A stretch of 64,000 nt of DNA from an uncultured Thermococci archaeon (lineage in GTDB: Archaea > CAYQAE01 > CAYVLA01): the NCBI GenBank assembly GCA_964549615.1, contig CAZJVP010000020.1, forward strand, positions 160,001 through 224,000. Reading direction: 5' to 3'. Positions within the stretch are counted from its first letter, which is position 1; each line of letters starts with the position of its first letter. The notes below the pieces were generated by a model. The model saw only the letters and a program-made list of their open reading frames with translations. It was not told the origin of the DNA and searched no databases. The position numbers and the translations under genes were made by a program. Positions 57,052 to 64,000 of this stretch are shown piece by piece.

Positions 57052-57578
57052 GAAGACCCTCCCCGCGCAGACCTTTCAGGGCGCTGATAAATGGATGCAA
57101 CACCAGCATCCGTCCGGTCCATTGGAGCGCCCTGCGCCTCATTGGTCCCACCGCGGTCTCCGACGCCCCTTGAGGATGAAGGCCGGATGTGCGCTCGGTG
57201 CTACGTGTCCTTGACGACCAGCTCCCATTGCCAGTCTTCTATCGCTGTCCGGCACCGAGATCGAGAGGTACCTTATGCCCAGTAAGGATACTTCAGGTTG
57301 GCCGGCTCAGCTCCGACGCCGATCGACTCGCCCTTGAGGAAGCCTGTTCGGGTAGCCCGGGCAAGGAGGACTACGGGGGAACCAGCCAAAGCTTAAAGAT
57401 CCAGGCAGTTGGTTTTCACGCCTAAGGACGTATCCTTGGAGGGAAGCGCGTCCACTTCGGGCGCGTAGTCGCTTTGCCTCGGGCCTCAACCAATATTTAA
57501 AGCCGCAGCCGATGATCCCCAAGCAACGTCCTCGCATGGACGACGACGGAGACGAATAGTTCAGGGTGTATTGCGGCA

Positions 57579-57779
57579 ATGAGACTCAGCAAGATCGTCG
57601 TTTGGGAGTTTCTACTGGTCATCGCGTCCGTCCTGGTCTTCAGAAGCATCTGGACGCTACTGGACAGGATACCTGAGATGAACAGCGAGTCTGGGATATG
57701 GGCATCATTGATCGTAGGATCGTCAGTAACGTTCCTGGCGATCTACATGGTAAACAAGTGTGCCGAGCGTAAGGCCTAG
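57579..57779 (+). CDS. Small two-TM membrane protein
   Basis: 66 aa with two hydrophobic helices; ATATTTAAAG at ~57493 upstream. Confidence 0.65.
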   Translation: MRLSKIVVWEFLLVIASVLVFRSIWTLLDRIPEMNSESGIWASLIVGSSVTFLAIYMVNKCAERKA

Positions 57780-58299
57780 CGCGCAAGGCCAAGCGCTGCG
57801 TCTCCCCATGGGCGCGGAGCCCCGGTTCCCGCATGCGATGGACATCACCTTGCGCCGGGATGGCCTGTTCTTGTTGGAGAGGCGGGCGTCGTCTGAGAGG
57901 CGGCCCAGGATGGTGACCGCGTCCCGGACATCCGTGGGAGATATGCCATCGGTCACATGGTTTTCTGTCGGTGCCCGAGGGCTTGGCAAGCAGCTTGCTT
58001 CGGGGACCTGACCCCAAAAGCCAATTTGGCTTATGCACGGTCCGCGGGGTCCCAGGAGGGATACGGGCGATCATCGGGTATCTCCAACCCCGGGCCGTCG
58101 GAAGATCTCTCAAAGATTCAGATTCTTCAAAGCAACCCCCGCTTGGGTGGTCATCACATTCCCATGGGGTTCTGTCCGCCATCGATGGTTCTGGTGACCC
58201 GAGGGAAACCATCATCTTTCTTCCCACCACGCGATGTCGGTGAAAGCAGCCCTCATCGGTCTCCGCAGCGTTGCCATGCACATGGACCCTATGCCTACC

Positions 58300-58600
58300 G
58301 GCTGCGCAGAGTACGGGATCTGGCCCTGATCCCCTGTGTCCTTGCCGTCATCTCGGCGCCGGGCTACGCCAGGGGGAGAGCGAAATGACGTCAAGATGTC
58401 CTGCTCCCTTTTGGGCTCCATTCTGCCGACGATGTGCCTTTTCCCGGCTACTTCGCCGAGGACCGCAGCAGGCCGGACTCTACCAGGAGGGGAAGAAGAG
58501 GGTGGATCGCCTCCACTTCCCCGCGAACGGGCAGGTTCTCATGGAGAAGTTCGACATCTTCTTCGTCTGCGATCCAAGTTGGACCACTTCACAGGCGGGC
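58300..58600 (+). pseudogene. Frameshifted N-terminal relic of the 30512/32639 secreted family
   Basis: Pieces in different frames: signal-like LALIPCVLAVISAPG, KMSCSLLGSILPT, PFPGYFAED, KKRVDRLHFPANGQVLMEKFDIFFVCD (compare ARIYTPRTEQDFAARFDAMVMLD). Confidence 0.5.
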
Positions 58601-58870
58601 AGTTCGGAGATCTTGATCGGGTCGGGGAGGGCGAAATGCCCGTCTCTCTGGTCCTTCGGCCCGTCGTACACCACCGTTGCATTCTCCCTACCGGGCGAAA
58701 GGCTGTCCGCATCGGAATACACCGTTCCCTACGATAGGCGGCACGCATTCCGCAAAGACAAGGACCCGGCCTTGAGCCCGTTCGTCCCACGTTCATCCCA
58801 CCAACGAAGCGGGACCACTCCACTCTCGGCACTCTCGGAAAACGATTATATGGCACAATGTGCGAGGAGG

Positions 58871-60076
58871 ATGTGGGTGAGCGGGTTGGGAAAGGTGCGA
58901 TCTACGACCCGGATGGCCTTGCTTTTGGCGGGGATTGGCTTGGCCTTCCTACTGGGTTTCGTCCTGGTGCCACGAGGCAAGGAGGCCCAGAGTCTTTCCG
59001 GGCAACAAGGGCTTGGCCTTGAACTGCGTGCCCGGATCGTGAGCAACATCTCGGATCCGTTCGGACCAGTGGTTGTGGAGCTGGTCTGCAAGAACGTTCG
59101 AGAATCAGAGAGCGTCGCGATCAGCCCTTTCCCGGAGTGGGGTTTCAACCCGATCTTCCTCGTGAGGGACCCCAAGGGCCAACTGTTCTGCTCGGTGAAC
59201 GATCGATATGGGCCGCCACCGACCCGCAGCGTGGTCTTGGGGCCGGGCCAGAACTTCTCCAAGCTCTTCAACCTGTCCGACCCGCCGTACCCCGGGCGAT
59301 GGGATGGGATCTCCAGCTTCGATATGTTCAGCCAAGCTGGCGAGTATCAGCTGACCGTGGTGTACCGGCCGTTTTACCACCTGTTCTTCATCAACAGAAC
59401 GATGGCCGATCTCACGATCAATACGAGTCTGACCTTCAATAGGCCCCGAAGGCTTAGGATCCTGCACCTTGGAACGTGCAACCTTTCGTTCCTCAGGCGG
59501 GATCTCGGCTCGGCCTTTCTAACCGAGGGCGGGCCAGGACCCTACCCGGCGATCGATGAGGCGATCCAGGCGTACGATCTCTTGATCTTGGACAACGTTC
59601 CTCCGGAGTGGGTGGGCGACTCCCAGGCACTCGGAAAGGCTGTGATGGAGCGCGGCCTAGATCTCGTTATCTTCGGTGGCCCTCTCTCCCTCGGCGGGAA
59701 CGGCAGTTACTCATCATGGAGCGAAAGCGGGCTTGGCGATCTTCTGCCGGTCGAATGCACGGGCTTCTATATGGAGATTCCTTCGGGGGCCCGACCCCTA
59801 CCCGTCCTGGGCGGGCAGCGAGACACGATATTCAGGGACCTTGACACGTCGAATCTGAATACAATACGCCACCTGAGCCCGTATGTCCCACGGCCGGGCG
59901 CGACGGTCTGGTCCGTCATCCAATGGGACGGACGAGCACCGGAGTACTTTCTGTGCTCTTGGCCAATTGGCAAGAGCCAAGTTATGGTGTGCGCCGCCCC
60001 TCTTGAGGAGATCCTCGCCTGGGCGAACGGCAGGCAACTGGTCGCTAGGATCGTTGAAGCAACGATACCGGATTGA
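58871..60076 (+). CDS. Membrane-anchored protein: Ig-like domain plus GATase1-like domain
   Basis: GAGGAGG before ATG 58871; N-terminal TM; YDLLILDNVP, GLDLVIFGGPLSLG, W.ES.LGDLLPV, WPIGKS. Confidence 0.78.
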   Translation: MWVSGLGKVRSTTRMALLLAGIGLAFLLGFVLVPRGKEAQSLSGQQGLGLELRARIVSNISDPFGPVVVELVCKNVRESESVAISPFPEWGFNPIFLVRDPKGQLFCSVNDRYGPPPTRSVVLGPGQNFSKLFNLSDPPYPGRWDGISSFDMFSQAGEYQLTVVYRPFYHLFFINRTMADLTINTSLTFNRPRRLRILHLGTCNLSFLRRDLGSAFLTEGGPGPYPAIDEAIQAYDLLILDNVPPEWVGDSQALGKAVMERGLDLVIFGGPLSLGGNGSYSSWSESGLGDLLPVECTGFYMEIPSGARPLPVLGGQRDTIFRDLDTSNLNTIRHLSPYVPRPGATVWSVIQWDGRAPEYFLCSWPIGKSQVMVCAAPLEEILAWANGRQLVARIVEATIPD

Positions 60077-60334
60077 GGATCGCGATCATGAGGGTACGCC
60101 GGCCGAACTCATGCCCACACATAGGTGATCAACGGTTCCTAAACACACCGCATGCGTCGGGAGCTTTGAGGACGTCAACCCATATACTTGTCCGGCGATC
60201 GAAAACGAGGCTGCCAATGGGGCGAGGGAAAAACTCCTCAGCCAGGTCCGACGACGAATATCCCCGGTGCCATCCTCCCGACGTGCCCTGGAAGGACCCT
60301 TTCCTTTATTAGAGGGCCCTCTCGCCCCCAGCCT

Positions 60335-61243
60335 ATGCCTGTCAAATTTGCAAATCCCTTCACAGATGCAAAGGGCGGCTGGTTCAAGGGAAATCTGCAC
60401 AGCCACACGACGGAGTCCGACGGCAAGCTGACAAAGCACGATGTCGTCGAGTTCTATCGCTCAAACGGCTACCATTTCCTCTGCCTCACGGACCACGAGA
60501 AGATCTCGGACCCCGCGGGCCTTTCGAGCGACGGATTCCTCGTATTCACCGGCGTCGAGACCTCCCCCCAGCAATCCAGGCACCACATCGTCGGGATCGG
60601 GCTCCACGATCTTGGCCCCTTCCCCAAACAGGAAACGGCCCAAGCCACGGTGGACAAGCTCAGGTCGATGGGGGGCCTGGTCTTCATCGCCCATCCCTAC
60701 TGGTCGGCCCTCACCGACAGCGACGTCAGGGGACTGAGGGACATCATAGGGGTAGAGCTCTACAACACGGGATGCGAGGTGGAGATAGGCAGGGGATTCT
60801 CCACCGTCCACTGGGACAACCTTCTCGCCTCCGGCATGCCCTTGACCGGTCTGGCCGTGGACGATGCGCACAGATACACCGACGATGCGCCGGGCGGATG
60901 GGTCTGCGTGAGAGCGCCACGGTTGTCCGAGAAGTCCATACTGAGCTCGTTAGCGAAAGGCTACTTCTACGCCTCGACCGGCCCCGAGATCAGGGACATC
61001 CGCATCGAGGAGGATCTGATTAGGGTCGAGACCAGCCCTGTGGAGACGATCACCTTTCACACCTGCGGACCAAGGGGCAATAGCGTCCACCGCATCGGCG
61101 AGGGAATGCTTCACCACGCGGCGTTCCAAATCAAGCCAGAGCACTTCTACGTCAGGATCGAGTGCGTCGATGGCGGGGGACGGAGAGCATGGTCCAACCC
61201 GATCTACACCGATCAATTCAACTGCCTCGGTCCCCAAACCTAA
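60335..61243 (+). CDS. PHP-domain (CehA/McbA-like) metallohydrolase
   Basis: GNLHSHT..SDG, TDH, AHPYW, VDDAH, C-terminal YVRIE...AWSNPI. Confidence 0.9.
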   Translation: MPVKFANPFTDAKGGWFKGNLHSHTTESDGKLTKHDVVEFYRSNGYHFLCLTDHEKISDPAGLSSDGFLVFTGVETSPQQSRHHIVGIGLHDLGPFPKQETAQATVDKLRSMGGLVFIAHPYWSALTDSDVRGLRDIIGVELYNTGCEVEIGRGFSTVHWDNLLASGMPLTGLAVDDAHRYTDDAPGGWVCVRAPRLSEKSILSSLAKGYFYASTGPEIRDIRIEEDLIRVETSPVETITFHTCGPRGNSVHRIGEGMLHHAAFQIKPEHFYVRIECVDGGGRRAWSNPIYTDQFNCLGPQT

Positions 61244-61278
61244 CGATTCCCCCAGCGGACTCAAGCGGCGGGGCCCGG

Positions 61279-61575
61279 CTATCCGGATCGGACCTCATCC
61301 GATGTGCGGGCCTGGGAGCCAACCTGCGAAGGGCGTTGGAGCGGTTTGACGCCTCTGGCCCGCTTGTCGATGGCCAGGAGCCCGCCCATCCCAAAGATCA
61401 TGATCGCGATGGCCGCTGCGGTGGCGTTCTCGCCGAAGAGAACTCCCAGGCACAAGGCGATCATGGTCGTTATCATGCAGAAGTTCCTCTGGGCCTTCCC
61501 GACGTTGAGCACTCTCAGAAGGATGTAGACGAACCCAGCTCCTGCGACGATGACGACCGCTGCAACGCCGATCAT
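61279..61575 (-). CDS. Small membrane protein (about 3 TM)
   Basis: Three hydrophobic segments after ATG 61575. Confidence 0.55.
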   Translation of the reverse strand: MIGVAAVVIVAGAGFVYILLRVLNVGKAQRNFCMITTMIALCLGVLFGENATAAAIAIMIFGMGGLLAIDKRARGVKPLQRPSQVGSQARTSDEVRSG

Positions 61576-61697
61576 TCGCTCACCACATCGCACAAGCCCC
61601 TGATAAGTCTCACGGGCAAAGGGTGGCCGAGCCCAAGGCTTCGCCGGGATTCTCCGGCCCTTTAACCCCGAGGTCTGAATCCGAACGGGCCCCATGG

Positions 61698-64000
61698 TTA
61701 CGCCAAATCCAGCATGATCGCGTCAACGTAGTAGAACCGGTTCTGCACCGGAAGCAGCTCACCGGCCTGTATGATATGGGTCCGAGCCTCCAGGATTAGT
61801 CCCTTCAGCCTGAAGGGATACGCCGGCGTCTCCGATCCGTCGTGTACCCACGGATGGAAACCCATCCTCTCGACCTGCGTCCCGCGCGGGGCGTGTGGGA
61901 GGGGAACTACAACGTACCGCCAGCCGTCGAAATCGATATAGCTGTCCGCGCGAACCGAGACCCACCGGGCGCCGGAGGCGTCCTCGAGACGGAACAGGAT
62001 CCTTCCCCAGGAGCTGTTTCCGCGTATCAGGGTTCCTAGGCCGGTGGCCGACTCAGGCACTAGGATCTCGGATCCCGTCCAGAGCAGTTGGGTGTAGGCG
62101 ATTTCCAGGGGATGGTGGGGCGAATCCTTGGGCACGCCAACCCGTAGGACCGCCCGTCCCCGCTTGGGCCAGCGGGTCGCAGAGAGACTTAGATCGACTC
62201 TGCGGTAGGGGACCGAGAGGGAAAGGCTCTCGAGCTCCTCCGCCGGCCGAGAGTCGACTTTCCAGCTGCGCAGGCTTTCGAAGCTCGCCAAGGTCCTTCG
62301 TCTTGATCTTCCCCCCTCGTGCCTCGGACAGCCCAAGGCAACGCTCACCACCCGTTCCACGCCCTCGAGATACACGGGGGAACTCGTCAGCTCGAGGCGG
62401 ATCCGCGAGCCCCTGAGCCGCGGCTTCCGTCGGTTGCCGAACATGTCTGTGACGGACGGGCTAGTTATGCCCTCGCACCGGACCGCCATTGGCCGTCGGC
62501 CCCGAATCGTCCAGAAGGCGTGAACGGGGCCGCCCGTCTTTCTCCTAAACCGCAAGGCATAGACGCTGCCTGACCGGGTTTGGATCGACCCGTCAAAGCT
62601 TGCCTGGTCGAGGGCCCTGGTCATGGTGGAGTACGCGCAGAAGCTCTCCCGTGGATTCAGCTCAGGCGGCCTGTGAAGAAGGCCGATTGGGCCGTAGTGG
62701 CTGTAGAAGTAGTCGTCCCCCGGGTCATAGAGTGAGGTGCACATGCCAAAGAAGACCACGCCTGACGCAAGGCCCAGTAGATGGGCGCGTACGTAGTAGT
62801 CGGCTTGCTCCCGCTCGGTAAGCCAGCCTGGTGCAACTGGCGCGTAGATCGCCTCGGTTAGGTAGAGGGGGAACTCCGCGTAGCCGTAGATCCGCTGCAG
62901 TGCCTTGAGCACGTAGATGCCCGAGAAAGGCGCATACAGGGGGCCAACCTGGCGTTCGGGCATCGATGTGAAGAGGTCGAAGTCCAGGCCGAAGGCGTCC
63001 AGGTACTCCTTCGGATAACCCCGTCTCATCATCGCCCCGATGAAGGGCGGGAACCCGTTACCGAAGATCAACTTGGCGCCGGGGAAATCCCTTCTGACGA
63101 GCTTGCTGTAGCCTATCCCGGAGCTCCAGCAGTTGTCCAGGCGTCTTTTCTCCTCCTCGTTGAGATCGAGGGGACTTCTTCCCAGCACCTCAGGGGGGAA
63201 TGACTGTCTGTGCCTGGCGCTCAAGTAGGTCTCCCAGAAGACCATCCAGGCATCCATCCGCGGCATCTCCCGCATCTTCGCGAGCATCTTTTCGGGATCC
63301 CCCGGCGTCTCGCAACAGGTGTTGGCGATGCAGCAGACGTTTCCGCAGTTGAGGCCGATCTTGTTGGCCTCAAGCACGGCGAGCCTCCTGGCGTTTTCCT
63401 CCGGGCCCTGGGATAGAAGGAAAACTGGTAACGTCCAGCGGACGCCCGCCATCCGCAGAAGCGGGGCGGCGGACTCGGGCGGCAGCCCGTTATGAACCTC
63501 GAAGAAACACCACATCCCGAAGGGCGAATCCCTGGTCGCTTTCCTCGTGTCCTTCGGCAGACAGGCGAACGACGTCCTGTGCTCCACCCACCTATCCTGG
63601 CCAGGACACCCAAGGCGAATGAGAAGTTCGAACTTGCCAAATACGGCCTGGGCTAGGTCCTTCACCAAAGCCACGTGCTGCAACGGCGCCAGCGCGAGAT
63701 CCTCGACGGTTTTGCGGACCCTGCCATAGGGATCCACAATCTGCAGCCCAAGCACTAGTCGTTGCCGCTTCTTGCGCTGGCTCTGGATATCGATCGTGAG
63801 CCTCGGCGCCTGCGGCTCTTCGAACACCGGCGCGATGCCGTCCCATCTCAGGGCCATCCTTGCAGGCGCGAGCTCCAAGGTCGCAGCGAAGATGTGGACT
63901 GAGCTTGGAGGCCCCGCCGGCCTGGGGAAGCTCTCGTCGTCGACGGCCACCTTCTTGGTCAGATCGATCTCCAAGTACTCCGTCCCGTCGTTGAGGAACT
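61698..64000 (-). CDS. Large glycoside-hydrolase-like protein, 5'-partial (frame is open to the window edge)
   Basis: DSPFG, LRMAGVRW, LYLTE, EQADYYVRA, GLLH; C-terminal CBM-like IDFDGWRYV. Confidence 0.7.
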   Translation of the reverse strand, partial: FLNDGTEYLEIDLTKKVAVDDESFPRPAGPPSSVHIFAATLELAPARMALRWDGIAPVFEEPQAPRLTIDIQSQRKKRQRLVLGLQIVDPYGRVRKTVEDLALAPLQHVALVKDLAQAVFGKFELLIRLGCPGQDRWVEHRTSFACLPKDTRKATRDSPFGMWCFFEVHNGLPPESAAPLLRMAGVRWTLPVFLLSQGPEENARRLAVLEANKIGLNCGNVCCIANTCCETPGDPEKMLAKMREMPRMDAWMVFWETYLSARHRQSFPPEVLGRSPLDLNEEEKRRLDNCWSSGIGYSKLVRRDFPGAKLIFGNGFPPFIGAMMRRGYPKEYLDAFGLDFDLFTSMPERQVGPLYAPFSGIYVLKALQRIYGYAEFPLYLTEAIYAPVAPGWLTEREQADYYVRAHLLGLASGVVFFGMCTSLYDPGDDYFYSHYGPIGLLHRPPELNPRESFCAYSTMTRALDQASFDGSIQTRSGSVYALRFRRKTGGPVHAFWTIRGRRPMAVRCEGITSPSVTDMFGNRRKPRLRGSRIRLELTSSPVYLEGVERVVSVALGCPRHEGGRSRRRTLASFESLRSWKVDSRPAEELESLSLSVPYRRVDLSLSATRWPKRGRAVLRVGVPKDSPHHPLEIAYTQLLWTGSEILVPESATGLGTLIRGNSSWGRILFRLEDASGARWVSVRADSYIDFDGWRYVVVPLPHAPRGTQVERMGFHPWVHDGSETPAYPFRLKGLILEARTHIIQAGELLPVQNRFYYVDAIMLDLA

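Noticed and set aside
58271-58870. 200-aa N-terminal extension of the 58271-60076 ORF
   Set aside because: A strong GAGGAGG and a TATA-like element precede ATG 58871; upstream sequence looks like pseudogene debris.
249-63846. Numerous antisense and alternate-frame ORFs (e.g. 15706-16878, 42822-44051, 5267-6169)
   Set aside because: Shadows of well-supported genes in a GC-rich genome; no motifs of their own.
1-64000. CRISPR array, rRNA, SRP RNA, RNase P RNA, integrase or transposase
   Set aside because: No regularly spaced repeats and no diagnostic motifs were seen by eye; a covariance-model scan was not possible.

Overview
GC-rich archaeal chromosomal segment. The archaeal assignment rests on MCM, Pus10, eL21, Rpo4/RpoF, MBF1, PAN, class I LysRS, CTP-dependent riboflavin kinase and tRNA introns with bulge-helix-bulge (BHB) motifs; the non-canonical introns suggest a lineage with a relaxed-specificity splicing endonuclease (inference). 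The first ~20 kb is mostly housekeeping: translation/transcription, arginine, flavin, pterin, sulfide-dependent homocysteine synthesis and proteasome genes. The rest is richer in accessory genes: secreted glycoside-hydrolase-like proteins, a four-gene catabolic operon, an uncharacterised family of membrane-anchored proteins, a 1397-aa surface protein with nine ~79-aa repeats, an orphan mch and several gene relics. The most striking feature is not in the ORF track: an elongator tRNA-Met(CAT) gene at 44054-44247 (-) that gives a perfect cloverleaf only after four inserts are removed (D-loop, anticodon loop, variable loop, acceptor stem 3' strand). The acceptor-stem insert sits in a complete BHB motif. 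All calls come from reading motifs by eye; no database searches were run. Several start codons were moved downstream of the ORF-track starts.
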